Positions 1 through 10,774 are shown, counted from the first letter of the stretch. The stretch: DNA of 64,000 nucleotides from Mustelus asterias (GCF_964213995.1 NC_135816.1:61380001-61444000); one strand, 5' to 3'. The notes: generated from the letters alone by a model not told the origin. Translations and numbers: made by a program.

Positions 1-525
1 ACAAAAACTAAGATCTCTCCTATCCATCTGCTGCCTTTCCCCTGGCGTAAAAGGCTTATAGGTTGCCTTTGGTTGTGCTAACGTCCCTCCTCTCGTGACT
101 GGCGCTAGATTATAATTGTCTATGTTTTCTTTTGATGCTGGAGTGGCTGTATGTTTCTGCACTGACTCGTATGGGCGCCGAGGGTCCGTTTCCTCTGATC
201 TCTGCGTTATCTCCGCAGTGTGGTTTCTGTATTCTAATTCCCTCACTCTCTCCTGTAATACTTTAATTTGCTCTGTCTCTTTGTGTCTCTCCTCCATAGA
301 GGCATTTACTTCCTCAATTAGTCCAGCTAACTGGGTCACTAATATTACTCCCATTACTTTTGTTTTGTCCCGTTTAACTCCGTCTACCCACTTTCTTTGA
401 TCTTCTAAAGTTTGTGATGCGTTCCACCCGTTCCGTTTCATCTTTGCAACAATCGCTTCTCTGGCTAACAGATACTTCAAAATGAGAGCTACTGCAGTTT
501 CTCCCTTAACAACGTGGTCTGCCAT
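1..525 (-). CDS. gag: ERV-A gag, N-terminal part (MA-like region and start of capsid), open to the window edge
   Basis: My translation from the ATG at 525 gives MADHVVKGETAVALILKY...GWNASQTLEDQRKW...QLAGLIEE...NLAPVTRGGTLAQPKATYKPFTPGE with no stop to position 1, which is why the ORF track omits it. LAPV..GG..YKPFT resembles the gamma/epsilon capsid N-terminus. Clearly homologous to ERV-B gag. Confidence 0.8.
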   Translation of the reverse strand, partial: MADHVVKGETAVALILKYLLAREAIVAKMKRNGWNASQTLEDQRKWVDGVKRDKTKVMGVILVTQLAGLIEEVNASMEERHKETEQIKVLQERVRELEYRNHTAEITQRSEETDPRRPYESVQKHTATPASKENIDNYNLAPVTRGGTLAQPKATYKPFTPGERQQMDRRDLSFC

Positions 526-1632
526 TTTTCTGTCTAGCAGTCCTGCAACCCCCGCATGCTGGCTGCTACAGTAAAAGTGCCTCAACTCCTGTCACTGATA
601 CTGCCCCAGCACCGTCTGTATTGCTGTAGAGCCTCGTAGTGAGGTTCCAGTGGGTCTCTTTCCCCTGGGCTCCCCCAACTATTCCTGACACCTCACGCTT
701 GGACTATTTTGTGTTGTCTTATTGGGATGTGTGCTGGTTGTTTAGTGGGTTTGTCCGCCCCTGTTCCCAGCCCCTCTAAGTACAACGCCTCCCGCTCGGC
801 CACCACCCCCACTAGCAGGGTTGATCCGTTACCCCCCAAAACCGGGTATCCTGCTATGGGCTGTGGTGTTCCCTACAGACGAACAAGGTTATCAAACTCC
901 GCCCGGGTCCCTAATGGATCCTCCGTCGTCGTGTCTCTTGGTCAGGATGGATCGGGTCCACTTTTCCTCAACACTTACACACCTGTACTCTGTTATCAAA
1001 GCCCCTGTTATAGTTAGTAACTGTATCGACTCTGAGGTTGTTCGTCCCTTCAGAGTCAGTGTTGTTACCCGATTTACACTGTCCGTGCCTTGCACCCTGA
1101 GTGCCTGTGCCTCTTAGCGCCCGCTTCAAAACCCAACCTTAGCGTGGGAGATTTCTCCTCTTAACGTCCAGTTTAGGGTAGGGCACCTTGAGTCAAGCAC
1201 TCCCTTGTCCTATTGCCTTGGCACAGACAGTGGTTTCATTTACAATCCTGGGTTAGTTACACCAATTAGTTCTGCATGCGGTACTTATCTTTATATTAGT
1301 CTTAATTCCTGTTATCAAATAGCCCAAAACCTGTTATCTTTACCTCTGGTCCTTTACTCCTATTAAAGTTAAAAGTTACTTACCTTCTTCCACGCGGTCG
1401 TTCTGACCTGTACCTCTTTAGTGCGGACTTCTGTTTCAATTTAAAAACTTAGGCAAGATTATACAGTTCTACAAGACAACAATACTCAAAACAGACAAAC
1501 CCTAACCCTTAAAGGTACCTCACTTTGAACGGAGACCTGCACTCGCCTCTGACTGCTCTGGATTTGTATCAGATTCGTTTAAATTTGATCCCGACTTTCA
1601 AACTGTGGCCATCAGTCAGAAGTCAGATATCA

Positions 1633-1653
1633 AATCCTGCTGTGACTACGCCA
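1633..1653 (-). other. Primer-binding site of ERV-A, tRNA-Ser-like
   Basis: Minus strand reads TGGCGTAGTCACAGCAGGATT, 3 nt after the LTR end. It resembles the complement of the vertebrate tRNA-Ser 3' end (TGGCGTAGTCGGCAGGATT) with a small insertion. Confidence 0.7.
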
Positions 1654-1656
1654 TTT

Positions 1657-2482
1657 TGTTGTAGGGAAAAATCCCTTACCAGCACAGAATCGAAGCCGAG
1701 TCGCAAATCAAGGTTCAAAGCGTGTCTTTATTGTACAATTACTAGGATCCTAGGGAGACCCCCGTAGCCAGCTCAGAAACAGTGGCTTGGCCACGTTGAT
1801 CTCAATTGGATTACATCAGCCCTGGATCTTTATAGGGCTCCAAATTTGAGCGGGAACATTTGATTATGCATCTTTTTACAATATGTATAAAGTGGTCTGT
1901 CAGGTCGGGAAGTTCTCTGGGAGGCTTGTCAATTTGCATTTGTATGGTGTGTGTTCGTGTTAATGGGATTACTTGGTCCTGCCCCGGTGTCTAAATGCGT
2001 TTCCCATTATCATCTCTATGTGTCCCCTTATTTGAATTTGATCCTATTGTCCCGTGTCTGTGTTTCCTGCTTGTGAGATTGAGTGTTAATGTTATCCTGT
2101 CTTGTTGGATGTCTGGAGTACTTCATTCTAACCTTTTATTCTTATATCTTGGTTTATCAGATTTTTATGTCTGCCTTGGCCGAATTAGTAATGTTTCAGT
2201 GATAGCTTGGTTTTGATAACCCACTCTGTGTCTCGTTTCATAGGGATCTTGATCGTCCTTGACCAGTTTAAAATGCAGCTACAGGCTGTTGCTAGGCAGA
2301 TTAGGGATCTCCCGCAGTTTCTGAAATTCGTGAGTCTCTCAGCTGTGCAGGGGGAGACCCGATCGAATATCCATCCGGGGGTGCCCCTCTGCATTGTTGG
2401 CCCGTTATGAGTGGTGCCAATTAGTCCAATAAAAATATGTTTGATGATACAAATATGGTTTTCTGGAAAATTTCCTCCTTCA
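1657..2482 (-). mobile_element. 5' LTR of ERV-A
   Basis: Ends ...CCTACAACA next to the PBS, the same terminus as the ERV-B LTRs. Minus-strand AATAAA near 1730 and TATAAA near 1830. The TGAAGG start at 2482 is inferred by analogy with ERV-B, so that boundary is uncertain. Confidence 0.65.
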
Positions 2483-2550
2483 AGGGCAACTGAAGACAGC
2501 TAGAAAATGTGCATAAAAGAAATACTCGATGCATTGGGAATTCACAATTG

Positions 2551-2860
2551 GGGCGGCACGGTGGCACAGTGGTTAGCACCGCTGCCTCACAGTGCCAGGG
2601 ACCCGGGTTCGATTCCCAGCTTGGGTCTCTGTCTATGCAGAGTCTGCACAATCTCCCCATGTCTGCATGGGTTTCCTCTGGGCGCTCTGGTTTCTTTGGA
2701 TTCCCCACAATCCAAAAGACGTGCTGGTTAGGTGCATTGGCCATGCTAAATTCTCCCTCAGTGTATCCAAATAGGCACCAGAGTGTGGTGACCAGGGGAT
2801 TTTCACAGTAATGCCATTGCAGTGTTAATGTAAGCCTACTTGTGACAATAATAAATAAAT
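2551..2860 (+). mobile_element. tRNA-derived SINE (HE1-like head) with an alternative, Rex1-like 3' tail
   Basis: A/B-box head GGTGGCACAGTGGTTAGCA...GGGTTCGATTCCC and the central domain are shared with other copies. The tail ends TGTGACAATAATAAAT instead of the CR1-type tail. Confidence 0.8.
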
Positions 2861-3099
2861 TTTAATCATTTAATATGGACAAAGTCCTAAATACAGTCCA
2901 TACAATGAGGGACATCTATGTCTCTGATTTGTAAACAATTTGATGGAAACTTGCTATAACAATATTTTATTGACATGTGTTTTTAGTAGCTTGGGTGGCC
3001 TACATTAGAGTCACATTGGGGTCTGATGTGTTACTAAACAGTAGGGACAGCATGGTGGCTTATATATGTATTTCAGTAATTAAATGCTGAACACAATTA

Positions 3100-3388
3100 A
3101 GCTCACAGCGTCAGGGTCCCAGGTTCAATTCCCAGGGTCACTGTCTGTGTGGAGTTTGCACACTCTCCCTGTGTCTGTGTTGGTTTCCTCTGAAAGCTCT
3201 GGTTTCCTCCCACAGTCCAAAGATGTGCAGGTTAGGTTGATTAGCCGTGATAAATTGACCCTTAGTGTCAGGGGGATTAGCAGGGTAAATGCATGGGGTT
3301 ACGGGAATAGGGATTGGGTGGGATTGTTGTTGGTAAAGACTCGATGGGCCGAATGGTCTCTTTCTGTACTGTAGGGACACTATGATTC
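3100..3388 (+). mobile_element. HE1-type SINE (5' degraded)
   Basis: Central GTGTGGAGTTTGCAC...GGTTTCCTCCCACAGTCCAAAGATGTG and CR1-type tail ...GTACTGTAGGGA..CTATGA. Confidence 0.8.
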
Positions 3389-4024
3389 AATTAATAGATA
3401 CATCAGAAATCATTGACCTCATCTTAGCTGAGGTTTTTAATATTCGGTTAATTATACAACTCTTTTGAGTTATATCATCTCTTGGTCAACACGTTTGCAC
3501 TTTTGGTTTTTTTTGCATGTGCCTGATAAACAGTTGTGAAATTATACTTGCTGCATTTCATAGCCATGAAACATTTTCTAATTAATAGCTTAATTGTGTT
3601 CAGTATGTAATTACTGAAATACATATATAAGACATCTCAGAACACTGATTTTCCATCATCAACATAGACAACGTTAGTTTCTTTATACCAAAAATGCTAA
3701 TCAGTGTCCAGACATATGCAAATTCAATTTCTGTTTTACAATCAAGAGAGAGAATGCTGCCCTCTCCATTGAGGCAAATAGCAGCACACTGACCAGCAAG
3801 GTTAATTGAACCTCAATGTCTTAATGATAAGTAGAGTCAGTTATAATGTGCCCAATTATCACCAATTACCAAAAGATAGACCACAGTTGGTCGAATCAAA
3901 ACTCCAAACTGCAATTATAAAATTGACAGAAACTGCTACTAACTGTCTCAGCAAACAAGCACCAAAAAAGTTATTTCCTTTTTCTAAAGATATCACACTG
4001 GACTGTTGCAAAGAGAGAAGGCTA

Positions 4025-4740
4025 TGAAGACGGGAATGGGTTAATGAACTTTGTAACACTTAAGCATTGAGACCCGAACTCTGTGATACTTCGAGATTTT
4101 GTGAGAATTTTGTAGAGCTCATGTTTTCGTTAGAGCTCGGTGTTTTCATGTCTGTGGAGCTTGTTTTTGTGCATCCGAACCAGATAAGAGAAACAGCTGC
4201 TGTGTACACATTCATGACTTTTCCCAGCTAATTGTGTATCAGGAATGTGGCTAAGCTAGTATAAGCTAAGCAGAATCAGCTGGACTCCATTTTATATTAT
4301 GTACCTTTGTTTAACATGGTGGAACTTACATGTATACCTTCTGTGATCATATAATCATAGATTCATATATATTCATTATATACTATTCATTCTCACCGAT
4401 ATAAAGTGTTATATAGGCCCCTGTACGTCAGTTAACTTGTTTGTGCAAACTTATAATCTAAACAACCCACAGGAGTCCACATAGAGGCGACAAACAGACA
4501 GCCTTGAGATGGCCACGATTACATGGACTACGCGAAGGATGGAATCGCTGAGGCAGCAATAATCATGGGAAGATGCGGACGTGACCAGGGCGAAAATATA
4601 TGTATAAATATTGCTCTTGACCTGTATTCAGTAAGAAGTCTGAGACCGTGTTAGGGATCAGACTTCTTCCACAATTGTGAAAATAAACCACTGTGCTTTG
4701 ACTCGCGACTAGTCTCAGAGGTATTATTTTACCTACAACA
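4025..4740 (+). repeat. ERV-B 5' LTR
   Basis: TGAAGACGGG...CCTACAACA, TATAAA at 4603, AATAAA at 4682. About 17-18 substitutions and 3 small indels versus the 3' LTR by manual comparison (~97%). Confidence 0.95.
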
Positions 4741-4742
4741 AT

Positions 4743-4760
4743 TGGTGCCGAAACCCGGGA
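4743..4760 (+). other. Primer-binding site, tRNA-Phe
   Basis: TGGTGCCGAAACCCGGGA, the complement of the 18 3'-terminal nt of vertebrate tRNA-Phe(GAA), lies 2 nt after the LTR. Confidence 0.9.
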
Positions 4761-4883
4761 TCTGTTTACGGGTCCGGTTGAATGGCCATGACTGGGACAC
4801 CGGAATAGATTACCGAACTTAATAGGGTGGGTCAAGATACAGTAGGTGATCATCTGTGATGTGAGAGTGTATAATGAAAGAAA

Positions 4884-5070
4884 GTCCAAAGATGTGCGGG
4901 TTAGGTTGATTGGCCATGCTAAAATTGCCCCTTAGTGTCCTGAGATGCGTAGGTTAGAGGGATTAGTGGGTAAAACATGTAGGGATATAGAGGTAGGGTC
5001 TGGATGGGATTGTGGTCGGTGCAGACTCGATGGGCCGAATGGCCTTTTTCTGTACTGTAGGGTTTCTATG
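4884..5070 (+). mobile_element. 5'-truncated HE1-type SINE inserted in the ERV-B leader
   Basis: AGTCCAAAGATGTGCGGGTTAGG...GTACTGTAGGGTTTCTATG, nearly identical to the 3' halves of the copies at 34454 and 44590. Confidence 0.85.
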
Positions 5071-5384
5071 AGTCTGAACTGAGCACATATGGACAAGGAG
5101 GCAATTGACACTAACACCTAGCCTTAGACCAGTTGATAAGAGGGGAAATCCCCCAGGCAATGGTCAGGAAATTGAAATGGGTGTAGGGACTGGAAAAAGG
5201 TTGCCTGAAGTGTGATGTTCAGACGTGAGTGAGAACGAGACTGTCTGAGTGACGCCGGAGTGGAAGGAAAAACCTTCATGTAAAAGCCGGCTTAACAAAT
5301 ATATTGTATAAGCGGTGGCAGGGAGGGATCTGATCACCCCCCAGGTATCTCCGGACTTCGATAAGAGCGACCTGTGAGGGGAGA

Positions 5385-6300
5385 GTGAGAAGGGAGAATA
5401 GAAGACTCCAGGTGGTGAGTATAACCTTATCGATGTTACGGCGGGATCACAAGGACAGTGGGGACTCGGGATCCCTGATAAACGAATATATGACAAAGAG
5501 GGACAAACCCATTAAACAGATGAACAAATGGGGGTGGGATTTAGACCACCCGCTAGACCAACAACGAAAATGGTTGGAAAAGGAAAAGAAAGACAGAACT
5601 AAGAAAATTGGAGTTCTCTTAGTTCACCAATTGGCCACTAAATCAAAAGGTACCTGTTATAATGGCGAGAAACCAGGCCACTTCGCCCGAGATTGTAGGG
5701 CTCCAAAGTGGGGTAGTGAAGTCTGCGAAGTGGCAGATAATGAAGTAAAGAGGGGTTCTGCAGGTTCTCTCATTGAAGTGTATATGACAGAGAAACAAGC
5801 ATTAATAAAGAGGATGCAAAAGGATGGCTGGGATACGTCTCAGACCTTAGAGTAGCAGAGAAAGTGGATAGATAAAGAAAAGAGAAACAAGATAAAGAAG
5901 ATCGGAGTATTGTTAATACATCAGTTAGCTGGACTAATTGAGCAAGATAAAGAAAAGATTAGAGAGAGTTAGAATCCAGAGTAAGGGAACTGGAGAAACA
6001 AAACCATGTGTTAGGAAAAAAAACAATGGAGAGGGGAAACTGTCCCTCCTAATGAGTCCACACAACAGGGACCAACCGCTCCTCCAGAGGAACACAACTT
6101 AGCGCCAGTAACCCGAAGGAGAACAGATGCGCAGCCAAAAGCAAATTATAAACCCTTCACCCAGTTTAAAACAGAGATTCAGAGGGTATTAGGGAATGCT
6201 CCCACTTACTGGAGCAAAATTACCACAACAAAACAGTTAAGAGGGGGAAGAATGCACGCAGAAGAGGGATCAATGTATGTGATAATGAGGGAAACCCTAA
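5385..6300 (+). pseudogene. gag: ERV-B gag remnant (MA-like repeat, CCHC knuckle, second MA-like repeat, deleted capsid)
   Basis: Knuckle CYNGEKPGHFARDC at 5655-5696. Stop at 5853-5855 and later frameshifts. HNLAPVTRR...NYKPFT capsid start near 6095-6160, then WSKITTTKQ (MHR-like). Confidence 0.8.
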
Positions 6301-6659
6301 GACTTGGGTAAGGTTGAAATGGGAATGTGAGAAGTATGAGTAGAACAAGAGAGACTGCAAAGGAAAGATGAGACTGAGAAAAAAGGATTAGTACGGCAAG
6401 CCGAACAAAGGAAAGATAAAAAACCGAAGGCAACCGGCTTGCCAATATTGTTCCAAAATACCAATACGGATGAACAGGAGGAGGATTGGTGGAATCGACC
6501 CAGTGTAGATAATCACCAGAAATCTAAGGTAGCCGTCATTGCCCCGATGCATATAACAGATATACAAATGAATGGATGTCCAGCAGCAGCCAGTGCAAAG
6601 TGTTATTTGATTCACACTAAGCTTTCTATGGAAGGGTGACATGTAATTAAATGTATAAT

Positions 6660-7130
6660 GCACTGGCTAAAGCCATACAGACATCGGAAAAAATGTGGAC
6701 AAAGGTATTGCCCACCATACTAATGAGATTAAGGGCTACCACAAACCGGACAACCAGATTAACCCCTTATGAACTATGACAGGACGGGTGATGCAATTAC
6801 CAGAAAGCATCATAACAGGTGGGACCGATGTAGGTCCACTAAAAGATAAAATCAAGAGATATGTTTTGGAACTAAGCACCCAACTAAAAGGGATGCGCAA
6901 ATTGGTAAAAGACAATCAGGAAATAAGAGACGCAAAGAGAGAAATGCTCTCTGATGTCCCAACAGCGGGACGTCCTAGTGAAAACACTACCTGACAAACC
7001 AGGGTTTGCACCAAAATGGAATGGGCCGTATGAAGTTATAATTAGTGGAGATACCTGTGCCTGTATAGACATAAGAGGGAAAGGAATATGGAAACATTAA
7101 ACTCAGTTGAAAGAATATGCTGGAACGAAT
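6660..7130 (+). pseudogene. pol: ERV-B integrase C-terminal remnant
   Basis: WTKVLPTILMRLRATTNRTTRLTPYELMTGR and, after a frameshift, PKWNGPYEVI (GPY/F module). Confidence 0.85.
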
Positions 7131-7282
7131 TGGAAAAATATGTGATATACTCCAATTGCAGGTATGTACAGACAACGACTGACTTCCAAGCAAGCTGAAT
7201 GGGTTCGCTGGAAGTTGCACGCGGGCGGTATAGCCTTTGGACCATTGTATAACGGTTGCGCGGATTATTATTAAATGATAGG

Positions 7283-8107
7283 ATGCTTCTTTTGCTGCTT
7301 CTCACGACCCTGGCCCTGTTAGCCATAGCGGGAAAATATAGATGGAATTATGAGGATTTAGAGATGAAGCACAGTGATCATCTCTGTAACGATGACTCTG
7401 TCTATTGTATGAACACCTTTGTGTATATGTCTTATCTGTATGCATCACAATCGAATCTGAGCAAGTGCTGGGTCTGTTCACACATTCCCACGCACGGAGG
7501 AAAGGGAGGAATTCCTTTATTCCCTATCCCTTTATCAGCTCCGGAAATAATAGAATGGATTTTAAATCAGAATGGAACCCAGGAAGGGACAAGGAAACTG
7601 ACATTTAAAGCCCCATCGGGTACCACCATGCAGGGTACGTTTAATATCAGCCACAGCTATGTTGTTTTAGAGCTAGGGGGCGGACGGTGCACTTTATCCA
7701 CCTTTAAGAAACATTACCAACCCAGCAATGACAGATCAGATTCCCCACCCTACTTCGTTGTGAAAAATCAACAAAGGGGATCTGTCTGCCTGACAAGAAA
7801 TGGAACCATACCTGTCGGCCATAGCTACTGTATACAGCAGATTGATGTCACCAATGACACTTGGGCCACGATACAACAGTTCACAATCCAGTGCCCCACA
7901 GCCACCGTCCCGGTTAGCCTCTCCTCTGCTTATGTAAGGAGGATGACTGCATATAATGGTACCTATTTTGACTGTGGAAGCAATGCCTATCCATGGCTTC
8001 CCTGGAATTGGGCAGGATCGTGGTATTTGGCATATGTGGTGCTCTATATTCACCATTACACTGACTTACGGGACCATCCCGAGATACACCTGCTTAGGGC
8101 TAAGTGA
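7283..8107 (+). CDS. env: ERV-B env signal peptide plus SU, open frame ending in a stop at the furin site
   Basis: Hydrophobic leader MLLLLLLTTLALLAIAG, CWVC isomerase motif, six N-x-S/T sequons, C-terminal GTYFDCGSNAYPWLP, ends RAK-TGA. Confidence 0.75.
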   Translation: MLLLLLLTTLALLAIAGKYRWNYEDLEMKHSDHLCNDDSVYCMNTFVYMSYLYASQSNLSKCWVCSHIPTHGGKGGIPLFPIPLSAPEIIEWILNQNGTQEGTRKLTFKAPSGTTMQGTFNISHSYVVLELGGGRCTLSTFKKHYQPSNDRSDSPPYFVVKNQQRGSVCLTRNGTIPVGHSYCIQQIDVTNDTWATIQQFTIQCPTATVPVSLSSAYVRRMTAYNGTYFDCGSNAYPWLPWNWAGSWYLAYVVLYIHHYTDLRDHPEIHLLRAK

Positions 8108-8675
8108 GCCATTAGTGAGACAGAACGGTTCTTCATGATAGCCTACCCGCTTTATGGGATGGCAAAGGCGGCACAGGAACTTATACGAATGGCCTCGACC
8201 CTAGAGAGAATTGCAAATGAGACCAAGGATGGGTTCGAGGAGGTTAGCACGGCCGTCTCTGAAATATCAGCAGAGGTCGTAGCTATTCGGACTGTGGCGT
8301 TACAGAACCGATTGGCACTCAATTATGTGCTAGCCTCCCAAGGAGGAACATGTGCCATAGTTGGCTCCAAATGGTGTACATATATTCCCGATGCTTCGGA
8401 GAATATAACTCACTTAGCAGATCATATTAAACATGTGGCGAAAACAATACAGGATGAGGGAAACCAATATCACAATTATAACCCTCCGGCTGGGGCAATG
8501 GTTCAGGTCGTGGGGTTCATACCTGATGCATGGATTGATTGTATTAATTGTAATTGTAATTACTTGCTGTGTTTGTATGGCATTATTGAACGCCTGTTGC
8601 AAAACAGTAACAGTGCAGATTATGCCAGGCGCAAGTGTACAGGCAGAGGGGGCAGACTCCCGACAAAGGAGCTAG
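8108..8675 (+). pseudogene. env: ERV-B env TM subunit, decayed
   Basis: Same frame as SU after the stop. Immunosuppressive domain LQNRLALNYVLASQGG, CX6CC mutated to CAIVGSKWC, and the membrane anchor LIVLIVIVITCCVCMALL shifted to another frame near 8490. Confidence 0.9.
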
Positions 8676-8740
8676 GCCCATTCGCTGATAACAAGTGGTT
8701 CTGAATTGGTCATGGGGCCATGTTTGGACCTGGCCCGACC

Positions 8741-8753
8741 AAAAGGGGGGAAA
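8741..8753 (+). other. Polypurine tract of ERV-B
   Basis: AAAAGGGGGGAAA immediately before the 3' LTR. Confidence 0.9.
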
Positions 8754-9473
8754 TGAAGACGGGAATGGGTTAATGAACTTTGTAACACTTAAGCATTGAG
8801 ACCCGAACTCTGTGATACTTAGAGATTTTGTGAGAATTTTGTAGAGCTCATGTTTTCATTAGAGCCTGGTGTTTTCATGTCTGTGGAGCTTGTTTTCGTG
8901 CATCCAAACCAGATAAGAGAAGCAGCTGCTGTGTACACATTCATGACTTTTCCCAGCTAATTGTGTATCAGGAATGTGGCTAAGCTAGTATAAGCTAAGC
9001 AGAATCAGATAGACTCCATTTTATATTATATTATGTACCTTTGTTTAACATGGTGGAACTTACATGTATACCTTCTGTGATCGTATAATCATAGATTCAT
9101 ATATATTCATTATATACTATTCATCCTCACCGATATAAAGTGTTATATAGGCCCCTGTACGTCAGTTAACTTGTTTGTGCAAACTTATAATCTAAACAAC
9201 CCACAGGAGTCCACATAGAGGTGACAAACAGACAGCCTTGAGATGGCCACGATTACATGGACTACGCGAAGGATGGAATCGCTGAGGCAGCAATAATCAT
9301 GGGAAGGTGCGGACGTGACCAGGGGCGAAAATATATGTATAAATATTGCTCTTGACCTCTATTCAGTAAGAAGTCTGAGACCGTGTTAGAGATCGGACTT
9401 CTTCCACAATTGTGAAAATAAACCACTGTGCTTTGACTCACGACTAGTCTGAGGTATTATTTTACCTACAACA
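8754..9473 (+). repeat. ERV-B 3' LTR
   Basis: Direct repeat of 4025-4740, followed by TSD GCTA. Confidence 0.95.
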
Positions 9474-9950
9474 GCTATTTTGCAAATAACTTGACATTTC
9501 TACTGGTTAACCACAAATGTCCTAACCCATCCATTTGCAGTGTTTGACCTCATTTAAAACCAGGAATTTTAAGCTTAGACATTTGCGTAAAAAGCATTTC
9601 TTCAAGGCATATCCTTGGTTACCTGGATTATTTGAAATCGGATTATTTGAAGTCAGATTGTTCACAGTCTATGCAAATAAATATTAAATATTTTTATTAG
9701 GGATAAAAATGATAACTTGTATTATTTGGACATGTAAACTGACCTTTGGTGGCATTTGAAGTGAAATAGTTACCACGGTCTGTGGTAAGGGACACACTAG
9801 AGGGTGAAAGAATGCTGTTCCCTGTAATAGAAAAAAGGTGTTACTTTGTTGTGCTCACATTGATAAAAATATTAGTCATTCACACACACTCCTCAGCCAT
9901 TGTCGATATTGTCTCCATATGCAAGTCAATGACTATGTAATTCTTTAAAT

Positions 9951-10767
9951 GGCACAATGATGAGACAGAGTACAGGAATGAGATAGAGAATCTGGTGAAC
10001 TGGTGCGGCAACAATAATCTCTCCCTCAATGTCAACAAAACAAAGGAGATTGTCATCGACTTCAGGAAGCGTAAGAGAAAACATGCCCCTGTCTACATCA
10101 ACGGGGACGAAGTAGAAAGGATCAAGAGCTTCAAGTTTTTAGGTGTCCAGATCACCAACAGCCTGGTGCCCCCATGCTGACACAATAGTTAAGAAACCCC
10201 CCAACGCCTCTACTTTCTCAAAAGACTAAGGAAATTTGGCATGTCAGCTACGACTCTCACCAACCTTTACAGATGCACCATAAAAAGCATTTTTTCTGGT
10301 TGTATCACAGCTTGGTATGGCTCCTGCTCTGTCTAAGACCGCAAGGAACTACAAAAGGTCATGAATGTAGTCCAATCCATCACACAAGCCAGCCTCCCAT
10401 CCATTGACTCTGTCTCCACTTCCTGCTGCCTCGGCAAAGCAGTCAGCATAATTAAGGACCCCATATACCCCGGACATTCTCTCTTTCACCTTCTTCCGTC
10501 AGGAAAAAGATACAAAAGTCTGAGGTCACATAGCAACTGACTCAATAACAGCTTCTTCCCTGCTGCTGTCAAACTTTTGAATGGACTTACCTTGCATTAA
10601 GTTGATCTTTCTCTACACCCGAGCTATGACTGTAACATTACATTCTGCAGTCTCTCGTTTCCTTCTCTATGAATGGTATGTTTTGTCTGTATAGCGTGCA
10701 AGAAACAATACTTTTCACTGTTTGTTAATACATGTGACAATAATAAATCAAATCAACTCAAATCAAA
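9951..10767 (+). mobile_element. Rex1/Babar-type LINE, 5'-truncated
   Basis: RT C-terminal motif WCGNNNLSLNVNKTKEIVIDFRK...FKFLGV. 3' end TGTGACAATAATAAA followed by (TCAAA)n. Confidence 0.8.
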
Positions 10768-10774
10768 ATGATGT

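Larger units (their letters stand above)
4025..9473 (+). mobile_element. ERV-B: complete but internally deleted class-I (gamma/epsilon-like) provirus
   Basis: Two ~716-720 bp TG...CA LTRs, 4-bp TSD GCTA (4021-4024, 9474-9477), PBS, PPT, gag remnants, integrase C-terminus and gamma-type env. No recognisable PR, RT or RNase H. Confidence 0.95.

Noticed and set aside
530-1630. Accessory ORF in the long ERV-A leader, analogous to the ERV-B pre-gag module
   Set aside because: Only short frames with stops. No MA-like repeat or zinc knuckle was detectable by eye.
2551-2625. tRNA gene (also at the heads of 34454, 44590 and 49670)
   Set aside because: The A/B boxes belong to SINE heads and continue into the SINE body, with no full cloverleaf.
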